Positions 25,582 through 34,442 of a stretch of 34,442 bases of DNA are shown here, one piece after another; within the stretch, counting starts at the first letter, position 1; each line of letters starts with the position of its first letter. The DNA lies in UHGV virus genome UHGV-0123328. One strand, 5' to 3'. The notes beneath the pieces were generated by a model. It saw nothing but the letters and a program-made list of their open reading frames with translations. It was not told where the DNA came from and made no database searches. The stretch comes from a virus. The position numbers and the translations under genes were made by a program.

Positions 25582-25965
25582 GTGTTTATTGAAGCGTTTG
25601 CAAGTTTGATGCAGAAGGCAAAGATTGGCACGGTCGGGACTGACATTTTCTGTCACTACTTGCCTGCCAATGTGAAATCTGGCGTCCTGCTTATTAACCC
25701 AAATACCGGCATCAGCATCGATCATGAGCTACAGGGCTTTTATCACGAATCATTCACAATCATTGTGCGTGGTTCGTCAATTACTACGACGGTTGAGAAA
25801 GCCCATAAAATCATTGAGATGTTTCCAGTAGAGGAAACGGAATCTGGTGGTGTTTATTTTCGACTTGTACGACCGATGGCGATGCCAATCATTTATCCCA
25901 AAAATGATGGGGCATTAATAGAAGCAGGCATTCCTGTTGAATTTGCTGGCTATTTATTGAATTAA
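25582..25965 (+). CDS. Hypothetical tail-completion-region protein (127 aa from GTG 25582; alternative ATG 25609)
   Basis: GAGAGG Shine-Dalgarno upstream of GTG; the ORF track entry 25459 overlaps the previous gene. Confidence 0.5.
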   Translation: MFIEAFASLMQKAKIGTVGTDIFCHYLPANVKSGVLLINPNTGISIDHELQGFYHESFTIIVRGSSITTTVEKAHKIIEMFPVEETESGGVYFRLVRPMAMPIIYPKNDGALIEAGIPVEFAGYLLN

Positions 25966-26039
25966 CTCAATTAGTAAGTATATACTTACTATTAGCGCAA
26001 TGAATGCGTAGAATTAACGGAAAAAGGAGTTTTCCATCA

Positions 26040-26786
26040 ATGTCTAATACCCATGTAAAAAACATCAAACTTGGTGCCTGTAAGGTGTCGTTTGGTGGTG
26101 TGGATTTGGGTTACACCAAAGGTGGTGTTCAGGTTGAAGTAGCCACTGAAACGCTGAAAGTCACCGTCGATCAGTTGGGGCAGACCGTAATTTCCGAATT
26201 AGTTCAGGGGCGCAACATTACCATCACCGCGCCTCTGGCTGAGTCTGTACTCCAAAACATGGTTGACCTGATGCCTGGTTCTACTCTGAGCGAAGATGAC
26301 AGCTCTGTCACGATCACATCTGCACAGGGCGTTAACCTGATTGATGTGGCGAAGGAGCTGGTTCTGACTCCGCAGGACACCACCGACTATGTGTTGACCA
26401 TCCCGAAAGCGGCAACCGCGGGCAACTTCACTATGACCTACCAGTCTGATGATGTTCGTGTGTTCTCTGTTCAGTTCAGCGCATACCCGGATGATGAAGG
26501 CGTTCTGGGCAAAATGAGCGGTCCTAAACCGGTAAAAACTGTGTCGATCTCACCGGAATCTCCAACCGTAAAAGCTGGAGAAACTGTGCAACTGACAGCC
26601 GAAATCACTCCAGCTGATGCCGCAGACAAAACCGGTGTTTGGGAATCCGAAGACCAGGAAAAGGCCACGGTAGATCAAACGGGTCTGGTACGTGGTGTGG
26701 CGCAGGGTTCTACAAATATCTCCTTCACCAGCAATAGCGGTGGTAAGAAGGCAACTAAGTCAGTAACGATTAACCCCGCAGATTAA
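26040..26786 (+). CDS. Major tail (tube) protein with C-terminal Ig-like domain (248 aa; ORF track start 26004)
   Basis: AAAAAGGAG Shine-Dalgarno before ATG 26040; C-terminal Big_2-like segment; position before the G/GT chaperone and tape measure, as for lambda gpV. Confidence 0.7.
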   Translation: MSNTHVKNIKLGACKVSFGGVDLGYTKGGVQVEVATETLKVTVDQLGQTVISELVQGRNITITAPLAESVLQNMVDLMPGSTLSEDDSSVTITSAQGVNLIDVAKELVLTPQDTTDYVLTIPKAATAGNFTMTYQSDDVRVFSVQFSAYPDDEGVLGKMSGPKPVKTVSISPESPTVKAGETVQLTAEITPADAADKTGVWESEDQEKATVDQTGLVRGVAQGSTNISFTSNSGGKKATKSVTINPAD

Positions 26787-26798
26787 TCAGTAATTAAG

Positions 26799-26826
26799 CA
26801 GAGGCTCAGGATGAGCCTCTCTTTTA
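26799..26826 (+). terminator. Rho-independent terminator after the major tail gene
   Basis: GAGGCTC-aggat-GAGCCTC followed by TCTTTT. Confidence 0.65.
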
Positions 26827-26841
26827 AAAGGATTTTAACCA

Positions 26842-27159
26842 ATGACCAAATTACTCGATCTCGATTCCATTCTGCCTCCGAAGAAAAGCATCAAATTTGG
26901 CGGTCAGGAATATCCCATCGTTGAAATGACGGTAGGTCTGTTCGTTTCCATCAAGCAGATGGAAGGCAAAGATCTCATGAACATGTCTCCTGTTGAGCAA
27001 GTGACAGCTTATGCAGATCTGGTTCGTAAGGTTATCCCTTCAGTACCTGACGAAGTTCTTGAAAAACTGACTGTTCCGCAACTCCAGCAGATCTTCACCT
27101 TCGCTATGGAAGTGATTGATGAAGAAAACGAAAAAGCGGCTGGCGAAGGGGCAAAGTAA
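26842..27159 (+). CDS. Tail assembly chaperone (gpG-like, 105 aa)
   Basis: Small acidic ORF directly upstream of the tape measure gene, with an overlapping -1 frame ORF open from 27123 to 27509. Confidence 0.7.
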   Translation: MTKLLDLDSILPPKKSIKFGGQEYPIVEMTVGLFVSIKQMEGKDLMNMSPVEQVTAYADLVRKVIPSVPDEVLEKLTVPQLQQIFTFAMEVIDEENEKAAGEGAK

Positions 27160-27509
27160 TTTCCCGCGATGAATCCGGGACAAGGACCGTCTCAATAGAT
27201 CTCGGATTCTATTTCAGTCGTGTAGTTGCTCACTACGCCGTGTCGCCATTAGAGCTACTGAACGTTCCTCTCACGATGTTCTGGATGCTCAGTCGCAATA
27301 TAGACCGTCTGCGTGCGGAAGAGGATGTCCGCAACTTACAAGTCGCTCGTGCGTCCCAGGCGGATGGCGAGGCTGTGAAGGCGTTCATGGAGGGTTTGCA
27401 ACTCAGGATTGGAAGACCAGTCGTAACAGATAAAGTCTACGATCCAAGCCAGGATAAGGCAGACCCTGACGCCAAAGAGCAACTGATGCAAATATTTGGC
27501 AGAGGATGA
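26842..27509 (+). CDS. Tail assembly chaperone fusion (gpGT-like) via a programmed -1 frameshift near 27123-27156
   Basis: The -1 frame is open from 27123 (preceded by TGA at 27120-27122) to 27509, overlapping the 3' end of the G ORF. Conserved G/GT arrangement in lambda-like tail modules. Exact slip site not resolved. Confidence 0.45.
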
Positions 27510-27516
27510 CAAGGGA

Positions 27517-30500
27517 ATGTCACAAAACGTAGAGTTTATCCTGTCGCTGGAAGACAAACAGTTTACAGCGTCAATCGATCGTGCGGGGAAACTGCTTACT
27601 CGATTTGGTGAGCAGGTAACAAAGCCTGCTCAAAAAATCCAAACCTTTGAACGCTCTTTGGGTTCGGTCGCCCGTATCATTGGCGTTCTGGAAAGCAAGC
27701 TCGATTCTACGGCAGATAAACTACAGGATGTAGCTGCCGGTTTTGAGCTTGCTTCAGATGCTACGCGTAAAATGCGTGGCAACATCACCAGCCTCAATTC
27801 TGGTCTTAAAGCCCTGATTGAGCGCGTCGATACGACAACTTCTTCAGTAGATAAACTCACCGCGTCATTACGTAAAGTGCAATCAGAGCTAAATGATTTC
27901 TCTGATTGGGCGACCTATGCAAGCAAAAGCGCAAGCCGCTTTGGTACGGAGGTCAAAGAAGCCTCTGCGTCCGTGAGTGGCATGAATACGCGCCTTAATA
28001 CCACGACGAAGCGACTCAGTAATTGGGGTGTCACAACGAGTCAGGCTGCCGAGGGACTGAAAAAGGTTCGTGAGCAGATGGACGAAGTTATCGGACGTCA
28101 GCAACTGATTAGCAAGCCGGTACGCGTTCGTACATCTGGAAGTGGCGATGGTGGTAGCGGGCGGCGTAGCGGCGCTTCTGGCCATAGCGGTAAAAGTAAC
28201 GAAGGAGGTATGTTCTCTGGCCTTCGTGGCAACATTTTCCTGCTTGGCGAGATCGGAGATGCAGCCAGAACGGTTACTGACATCATGTTTGGGTGGCAGA
28301 AGCCTATTGTTGAAGCTGCGGCCGAAATGGAACGTATGCGGGTGATGCTTCGAGGGTTGAATAAGGAGAAGTCCAACCCGGGCCAGGCTGCCGCTGATGA
28401 TATGAAGTACATCGTAGACATGGCGCAAAATGCGCCGTTCGCGATGCAGGCGTTAACAGATTCCTTCGTGAAGTTTCGTTCTGCTGGCTTAGATCCAACC
28501 GATGGTTCTCTGAAGGCGCTGGTGGACTCCGTTGCTCGTTTTGGTGGTGATAGTGAGCTGTTGAAACGTGCGGCTGTGGCCGTTCAGCAGATGTCCGGTA
28601 AGGGCGTTGTGTCAATGGAAGAGCTACGTCAGCAATTAGGTGAAGCCGTTCCTAACGCGATGCAGGCAATGGCAGACGCCGCAGGCATCACTATGGGGGA
28701 ACTGACTAAAGCCGTTGCCAGCGGTACGGTTGAGGCAAAACAGGCGTTGTCTCTGATGTTTGTTGGTCTGCGTGCGGAGAATGAGAACGCAGCGAAAGAC
28801 ATGATGCAAACCTACACAGGTGCGCTGGCGCAACTTCAGACGTCATTCACGTTATTTGCTGATCGGGTTGGTCAGGCCGGATATCTGGATTCTCTATCGA
28901 AGGGGATGAAAGAACTGGCTTCAATCATGAATAGCGCCGAAGGGATTTCGTTTGCCAATTCTTTAGGTTCGGGGTTAACAACGGCAATCGATGGGTTGCG
29001 TCAGCTTGCTCAATGGTTAGCAAAGAACCAAGAGCTGGTGATTAATCTCGGTAAGGTCGTGGCCGCGATGGTTGCGTTCAAACTGATGCGAGCAGGGATC
29101 ATGGGGGTAGTTGGCGCAGGCAGCCAGATGGTTAGCACCTTTGCCACGATGGCGACCGCCATACAGACTCCATTTAACCTCGGCGCTACAGCAGTAACCC
29201 GATTCAATCGTGCGGCACGTATGGGGCTGGCTCCGATCCCCTCTCTTATTTTCGCCATCCGTGGGGCGATTACGGGGCTTAAAGGCGCTTTTGCTGGCCT
29301 GACTGCGTTTATTGCGGCGAATCCGATAGGTTTTGTTTTCACTGCTGCAATGACCGCTGTTGCTGGCTTAATCACGTATATGACCATGCTTCGTAGCGAA
29401 ACTTCAAAGGTCGTTGACGAGATTAGGAAAATACCAGAAGCGATGACGGCGGCTAAACGTGCACAGATGGCCGAGTATAAAGCGCGTCTTGAGCAACAAA
29501 TCACGCAAAAGGAACAAGAGTTAAAATCTGGCGAAAAGGTGGTTTATGGGCCGGGTATGGCCGGAACTACAGTAAAGATTAATCATGATGAACGTAAGCG
29601 AATAGAAAATGAGCTAAATGAACTTCGTAAGAAACGCGATGAAACCAATGAAACTATTGCCAGAGGGGATTTGGCTGTAGCCAAACGTCTGGCAAAAGAG
29701 ACGGCAGAATCCCAGATAGAGAAAATACTCGAAGAGAATAGAGACTTTGCGGCAACGTTCGTGAAAGCTCGTCAGGAGGCTCTGGAGAAAATCCAGAAAA
29801 TCAAGGATGACGGTTCACTTTCGGATGACGAAAAGAACAAGCTATTGGCACCGTTACGTGAAACGGTAAACAAAAGCTATCTGGAGCCTGCGCAAAAACT
29901 GGTTGATTCACTTTCTTCTCGTAAGAATGCGACCGAGAAGCAAATCGCGACTCTTAATGATCAGCTTGAAAAAGCGAAAAAGGAAGGAAATACCGAGCAG
30001 ATTCAGAAACTGCAAGGAAGTATTCGTGGCTATCAGGAGCATTTGGAAGTCGTTGCTCAGGAACTGACTCAGGCAGAGTTTAAGAGGGATAACGCGGCCA
30101 AAAGTGGTAATGGCTTAGTGTCAATCAATGGAGATGTTCTTGGGTTAGGTACAACTGATAAAGCTGCTCAGAAGGCGCTGGCGCAATATATGCGAAACCA
30201 GATGGATTCTGCGACTTATCAACGTACTTTGCCTGACGGCACTCCGATGATGGACTTCGAAGGTAAGCCGATTATTGGGCCTAAACAACTCAAGACGCAG
30301 CTTAATTTGCAGAAAGCATCCAGCGCCAGCTCTCTGGAGAAAATGAGCGATGAAGAGCGTGCCGCAGCCATTGCTGCACTGACTAAAGCTCGTGAACAGG
30401 ATGCAGCAGCTGCCGAGAAAGCAGCCCAACGATCAGCTAACGCCTCGCAGCGTGCGGCCAAGAAGGAACAGGCAGCGCAACAGAAACTGGCAGCCGGATA

Positions 30501-32094
30501 CCAGAAGGCTCTGGACAAAGCCGATCAGCTTATGGGGCAAATGGGTGAAAGCTCTAAGGCTACGGTATCGTTTGATCAGTCTCTTCGCGATACAACGAAA
30601 TCGCTGACAGATTTGGCTAATGCGGTTCCTAACGAGTTCATCACTCAAGAGATGATCGACAAGGCGAAAAAACGTCTTGAAGACCTCAAAAATGCGACAC
30701 CTGAATATCGCGAGATGTTTAATCGCCGCAATGTTGAGCAGATGATCTCCACTTGGGCACCGAAGGCGGATTCCATTATTAGTGCTGGCTATACGCCGTC
30801 TCGCGAAGAGAAAGTTGCTGATTTCGAAGACACCTACAACCGCAATCTCAAAGCGTTGATAGAACTTCGTGATAAGGCGTCTGATCCTAAAGTTGTGGCG
30901 CTTTATACAAAGAAAATCAATCAACTGATTGCTGCTGGCAATACCGCGCTTATTAAAGAGACGGGGACTGCGACGCAGAAGTTGGCACTGGAATACGAAA
31001 ACCTGGCAGAGCAGATCGAAAGCACCTGGACTGATTTGTTTAGTGGCTTAACTGATGTCCTGACTGATTTCGTTATTAACGGGAAGATGAGCTTCTCCAG
31101 CCTATCTCAGTCCATTTTGAAAGATATCACCAATATGGTCGTGAAGTCGCAGATCACGCTGCCTCTAATGAACATGTTGGGGATGGGAACCACCGCAGCT
31201 GGTAGTTCACAGAGTGGTAATTTGCTCACCGGGGTTGCTTCCGCAGTTGCCAATCAAGGTGTGCGCATAAGCAACACTGTTAATGGCGACAAGTCGGTAG
31301 GAGAAGCCACGAAGGAGACGTCCAGTTCGGTAACTGGATTGGGGCAAACGACACAGCAGACCACCAGCGCAATTGGCACAGCAACAAATGCGATTGGTAG
31401 CTGGGTATCAGGGCTATTTGATAGCACCGAAGCCAAAGATGCTGAGACAAAAGCAGTGAAGGATTCCATCTTCTCGATGCAGAACCTCAGCTCTGTTACC
31501 GGCGCTCTGTCTGCCGCGTTTGCAATGCTTGGAGCTAATGCTTCCGGCTCTGGTAATAAGTGGTTGAATTTCGGCGCGACAGTTGCATCTGGTTTGGTTT
31601 CAGTATGGGCTGGTGGTGGATTCGATGGATTGATGTCCGGTTCTTCTGGCTCAACTTCCGGGTTCAACAATCTGACCAGTTCTGCTGCCGATGGCACGAA
31701 TGGCATTCCTGCAATTCCGAAGTTTGCAAATGGTGGCATATTCGGAAAAGACGGCGTGATCCCGCTCCGGGCATACCAGAAAGGCGGTATCGCCAACTCA
31801 CCTCAATTGGCGTTGTTTGGGGAAGGCGATATGAATGAGGCGTATGTTCCATTGCCTGATGGTCGAACAATCCCTGTAACGCTCAGTACCGATGGTATGA
31901 GTGGAGGAGGAAATGTTCTTTCTCCGGTATCAATTGAGATCAACGTCCATAGTGACGGTAGCACAACTGAATCCGGCGATACAGAAAGCATATGGAACAA
32001 TGCCGCTCAACGGATGAAAGCAATCGCGCTTGAGACTATCGCTCAAGAGAAACGCCCTGGCGGATCACTCAACCCAAACACTCAACGTAACTAA
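27517..32094 (+). CDS. Tail tape measure protein (about 1525 aa from ATG 27517; ORF track starts at TTG 27496)
   Basis: Very long ORF with coiled-coil-rich segments and Gly/Ala-rich hydrophobic stretches, between the G/GT and M/L/K/I genes. Confidence 0.85.
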   Translation: MSQNVEFILSLEDKQFTASIDRAGKLLTRFGEQVTKPAQKIQTFERSLGSVARIIGVLESKLDSTADKLQDVAAGFELASDATRKMRGNITSLNSGLKALIERVDTTTSSVDKLTASLRKVQSELNDFSDWATYASKSASRFGTEVKEASASVSGMNTRLNTTTKRLSNWGVTTSQAAEGLKKVREQMDEVIGRQQLISKPVRVRTSGSGDGGSGRRSGASGHSGKSNEGGMFSGLRGNIFLLGEIGDAARTVTDIMFGWQKPIVEAAAEMERMRVMLRGLNKEKSNPGQAAADDMKYIVDMAQNAPFAMQALTDSFVKFRSAGLDPTDGSLKALVDSVARFGGDSELLKRAAVAVQQMSGKGVVSMEELRQQLGEAVPNAMQAMADAAGITMGELTKAVASGTVEAKQALSLMFVGLRAENENAAKDMMQTYTGALAQLQTSFTLFADRVGQAGYLDSLSKGMKELASIMNSAEGISFANSLGSGLTTAIDGLRQLAQWLAKNQELVINLGKVVAAMVAFKLMRAGIMGVVGAGSQMVSTFATMATAIQTPFNLGATAVTRFNRAARMGLAPIPSLIFAIRGAITGLKGAFAGLTAFIAANPIGFVFTAAMTAVAGLITYMTMLRSETSKVVDEIRKIPEAMTAAKRAQMAEYKARLEQQITQKEQELKSGEKVVYGPGMAGTTVKINHDERKRIENELNELRKKRDETNETIARGDLAVAKRLAKETAESQIEKILEENRDFAATFVKARQEALEKIQKIKDDGSLSDDEKNKLLAPLRETVNKSYLEPAQKLVDSLSSRKNATEKQIATLNDQLEKAKKEGNTEQIQKLQGSIRGYQEHLEVVAQELTQAEFKRDNAAKSGNGLVSINGDVLGLGTTDKAAQKALAQYMRNQMDSATYQRTLPDGTPMMDFEGKPIIGPKQLKTQLNLQKASSASSLEKMSDEERAAAIAALTKAREQDAAAAEKAAQRSANASQRAAKKEQAAQQKLAAGYQKALDKADQLMGQMGESSKATVSFDQSLRDTTKSLTDLANAVPNEFITQEMIDKAKKRLEDLKNATPEYREMFNRRNVEQMISTWAPKADSIISAGYTPSREEKVADFEDTYNRNLKALIELRDKASDPKVVALYTKKINQLIAAGNTALIKETGTATQKLALEYENLAEQIESTWTDLFSGLTDVLTDFVINGKMSFSSLSQSILKDITNMVVKSQITLPLMNMLGMGTTAAGSSQSGNLLTGVASAVANQGVRISNTVNGDKSVGEATKETSSSVTGLGQTTQQTTSAIGTATNAIGSWVSGLFDSTEAKDAETKAVKDSIFSMQNLSSVTGALSAAFAMLGANASGSGNKWLNFGATVASGLVSVWAGGGFDGLMSGSSGSTSGFNNLTSSAADGTNGIPAIPKFANGGIFGKDGVIPLRAYQKGGIANSPQLALFGEGDMNEAYVPLPDGRTIPVTLSTDGMSGGGNVLSPVSIEINVHSDGSTTESGDTESIWNNAAQRMKAIALETIAQEKRPGGSLNPNTQRN

Positions 32095-32136
32095 CTATCG
32101 ACTGCCCCGACCGGGGCAGTCTCACAAGGATGTGAG

Positions 32137-32472
32137 ATGGAAAGACAAACGTTTAATTGGTATCCAGATTACGAATCTGAAAAGAGCGTAAAACCGAATG
32201 TAACGGTACTTAATTTTGGTGATGACTACGAGCAGCGACAGGCTCAAGGTCTTAATCGTATTAAAGAAGAATGGTCGTTAACCTTTACCAGATCATACAA
32301 CGAAATTAATGCAATCGATGACTTCCTGACTGAGCGATCAGGCGTTGAATCGTTCTATTGGGTTAATCCAAGAGGCAAGCAGATTGTAGTTGTATGTGAC
32401 AGTCATACGGTCAAGCGATATCAGGGGTACTGTGTCTTAACTGCTACATTCAGACAAGTATTTGAGGCTTAA
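32137..32472 (+). CDS. Minor tail protein (lambda gpM-like, 111 aa)
   Basis: Size and position after the tape measure gene. Confidence 0.65.
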   Translation: MERQTFNWYPDYESEKSVKPNVTVLNFGDDYEQRQAQGLNRIKEEWSLTFTRSYNEINAIDDFLTERSGVESFYWVNPRGKQIVVVCDSHTVKRYQGYCVLTATFRQVFEA

Positions 32473-32521
32473 GTATCTGGATAAGTAAGTACTAATTTAC
32501 TATCATTGTGGCGCTGACAGG

Positions 32522-33253
32522 ATGTTAGCGCCTACTTATTTCAAGGATGAAACAATGGGAATTAAAGCTGATATTCAGAGCTTATCTCCCTCTGCACTCA
32601 TTGAGTTGTTCGTACTGGATATGTCGAACACAACTTCAGGGGGGAAGTTATTCTTCCACGCCGGAACAAACGAACTGATGCAACCGGTCGTCTGGCAAGG
32701 AGTGACATACGAGCCGTGGCCAATCAAAGCATCAGGCTTTGACAAAACTGGCCAGGGAACGTTGCCACGTCCAAAAATTCAGGTATCGAACTTTGCCGGA
32801 ACCGTCTCTGCGGAAGTTCAGGCGAACGACGATCTTGTTGGCTGCCGCATTATTCGCAAGATGACGCTGGCTCGCTTCCTCGATGCCGTTAATTTTAAAG
32901 ACGGCAACCCAACAGCAGATCCAAACCAACATTTCCCGGATGAAATGTGGTTTATCGAACAGAAAACTCTCGAAACTCATCAGGTTGTCGAGTTTGAATT
33001 GTCCAGTGTGTTCGATTTGATGGGGGTGCAACTGCCGTATCGTCAGATCATTAAAAACACCTGCCCGTGGAAATACCGAGGGCCAGAATGCGGCTATACC
33101 GGTCCATATTTCGACAAAAATAACCAGCAGACGTCTATGTCTGGTGCTGATTACTGCACAAAACGTTATGACGCCTGTAATGCGCGTCGGAATTATTTTG
33201 CCAACGGAGTGATCCATTTTGGCGGGTTTATTGGAGCTACGCGATATGGGTAA
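32522..33253 (+). CDS. Minor tail protein (lambda gpL-like; alternative start ATG 32555)
   Basis: Cysteine cluster CPWKYRGPECGY…C…C in the C-terminal region; position between the M-like and K-like genes. Confidence 0.75.
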   Translation: MLAPTYFKDETMGIKADIQSLSPSALIELFVLDMSNTTSGGKLFFHAGTNELMQPVVWQGVTYEPWPIKASGFDKTGQGTLPRPKIQVSNFAGTVSAEVQANDDLVGCRIIRKMTLARFLDAVNFKDGNPTADPNQHFPDEMWFIEQKTLETHQVVEFELSSVFDLMGVQLPYRQIIKNTCPWKYRGPECGYTGPYFDKNNQQTSMSGADYCTKRYDACNARRNYFANGVIHFGGFIGATRYG

Positions 33254-34043
33254 TAAAGCAATCCCTGAGCTTGGCTCTGATGTTATGCAGCAAATCTATC
33301 TCTGCGCCATAAATCGCTACCCTAATGAAGCGTGTGGCTTTCTGGTGAGAACTAATGGCGACAAATATCGCTTTATGGAAGCGCGAAATGTTTCGGAGAA
33401 CCCGCAGAACACTTTTGTAATGCACGTTGACGACATTATGGCGGCGGAGGATGCAGGTGACGTAATCGCAATCTGGCATTCACATACTGATGAATCAGCA
33501 GAAGCATCTGATGCCGATCGTGCAGGCTGTGAAGCGACGGAAGTTCCGTGGATGATTCTGGCTATTCGCAAGAATGTTGAGGGAGATGCCCCTTTCCATT
33601 TTAGCGAGATGAATGTGATCACACCTGATGGTTTCGAAATGCCATACCTGGGCAGACCGTATGTATTTGGCGTATTCGATTGCTGGATGTTGTGTCGGGA
33701 CTATTTGAAGCGTGAGTTTAACGTCGAACTAAACCCGAACGCACACCTGCATATTCCATCGTGGTACACCGGCGATAACGACATTCTCGATCAGAACTAC
33801 CGTAACGAGGGATTGGTGCGTCTTGCGCCCGGAACAGAGCCTCAACGTGGGGACATCTTCTTTATCCAATACGGGAAAATGCCTGACCACTGCGCGGTTT
33901 ATATCGGCGATGGAATGATTCTTCATCACCAGATCGACCGCCTTAGTTGTCGTGCTTATTACGGCGGAATGTATCAGAAACATACGACGCATCACTTGCG
34001 TCACAGAGACTTGCTCAAGGGAGATGAGACGTGTCTGAGTTAG
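33219..34043 (+). CDS. Tail tip protein (lambda gpK-like) with MPN/JAMM-like and NlpC/P60-like motifs (alternative start ATG 33246)
   Basis: AIWHSHTDESAEASD (H-x-H…D JAMM-like) in the N-terminal half and a Cys-containing FDCWMLC in the C-terminal half; overlaps the L-like gene. Confidence 0.75.
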   Translation: MAGLLELRDMGNKAIPELGSDVMQQIYLCAINRYPNEACGFLVRTNGDKYRFMEARNVSENPQNTFVMHVDDIMAAEDAGDVIAIWHSHTDESAEASDADRAGCEATEVPWMILAIRKNVEGDAPFHFSEMNVITPDGFEMPYLGRPYVFGVFDCWMLCRDYLKREFNVELNPNAHLHIPSWYTGDNDILDQNYRNEGLVRLAPGTEPQRGDIFFIQYGKMPDHCAVYIGDGMILHHQIDRLSCRAYYGGMYQKHTTHHLRHRDLLKGDETCLS

Positions 34044-34442
34044 TTCATGTGCAGCTTGGCGGCCCTATGGCCAAACATTTTGGCCGCCACTGGCATCTAA
34101 AGGTGCGCAATACAAAACAGGCTCTGGATTTAATTGAGGCCAACAAGCCTGGGTTTAAAGCATGGATGAAGCGCAATATCAAAACCTATGACCGTTACCA
34201 CATCCAGATCACCAATAAACAGGGCCACAAGTGGTCTGTTGACGAAAGTGAATATCAGATGATGGGGCAGTCTGACAACATTGCCAAAATCCGCATTACA
34301 CCTGTTCCGCGAGGAAGCGGTGGATCTGCTTTTGGGTGGTTTCAGACGGTAGTAGGGGCCGCTTTGTTGGTTGTATCGGCGGTAGTGATGCCTGCTTTAG
34401 CACCTCTCGGTTTGTCACTGATGATGGGCGGCATGCCCGTAT
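34031..34442 (+). CDS. Tail assembly protein (lambda gpI-like), 3' truncated by the window edge
   Basis: GTG start overlapping the K-like stop; Gly/Ala-rich hydrophobic C-terminal segment (…GSGGSAFGWFQTVVGAALLVVSAVVMPALAPLG…), as I recall for gpI. Confidence 0.65.
   Translation, partial: MSELVHVQLGGPMAKHFGRHWHLKVRNTKQALDLIEANKPGFKAWMKRNIKTYDRYHIQITNKQGHKWSVDESEYQMMGQSDNIAKIRITPVPRGSGGSAFGWFQTVVGAALLVVSAVVMPALAPLGLSLMMGGMPV

Larger units (their letters stand above)
1319..34442. mobile_element. Phage-derived region (siphovirus-like prophage or phage-like island); right end lies beyond the window
   Basis: Contiguous packaging, head and lambda-like tail gene order, replication-type helicase, morons and lower-GC cargo, starting immediately after the metG terminator. 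No integrase or att repeat identified, so the left boundary is approximate. Confidence 0.8.

Noticed and set aside
27630-32000. Numerous antisense and alternative-frame ORFs inside the tape measure gene (for example 27889-28428, 29010-29504, 30433-30924, 31254-31796)
   Set aside because: They lie entirely within the long, well-supported plus-strand tape measure ORF; typical shadows of a long GC-balanced gene.

Overview
The window opens with the 3' end of metG (methionyl-tRNA synthetase, nt 1-1271) and its terminator. Everything downstream (about 33 kb) is a phage-derived region that runs past the right edge of the window. From left to right: (i) a lower-GC two-gene cargo unit (99-aa protein plus a 396-409-aa protein with a Cys/His cluster); (ii) about 1.5 kb of non-coding DNA, comprising a roughly 750-bp A+C-rich, G-poor tract followed by an array of GGGAAACGG-like iterons; (iii) six or seven small single-gene cassettes, most preceded by a conserved promoter/operator-like module with an AAACA-N3-TGTTT palindrome and followed by a stem-loop; (iv) a second iteron array and an AT-rich block of minus-strand genes plus a lipoprotein, bracketed by GC-rich hairpins; (v) a minus-strand operon of an SF2 DEAH helicase and two small proteins; (vi) a tightly overlapping plus-strand operon of two ParB-like proteins, a minimal ABC-type ATPase, a GNAT-fold protein and two small proteins; (vii) a packaging and head module (small and large terminase, portal, scaffold, major capsid, Ig-like protein, head-tail proteins); and (viii) a lambda-like tail module (major tail protein, G/GT chaperone with an apparent -1 frameshift, 1532-aa tape measure, M, L, K and partial I). 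I found no integrase, repressor, lysis cassette, tRNA, rRNA or CRISPR array. All calls rest on reading the sequence and the ORF track, with motif recognition from memory; no database search was run. The most promising candidates for an undescribed system are the ParB-ParB-ABC ATPase-GNAT operon and the co-regulated small-gene cassette array with its flanking iterons.
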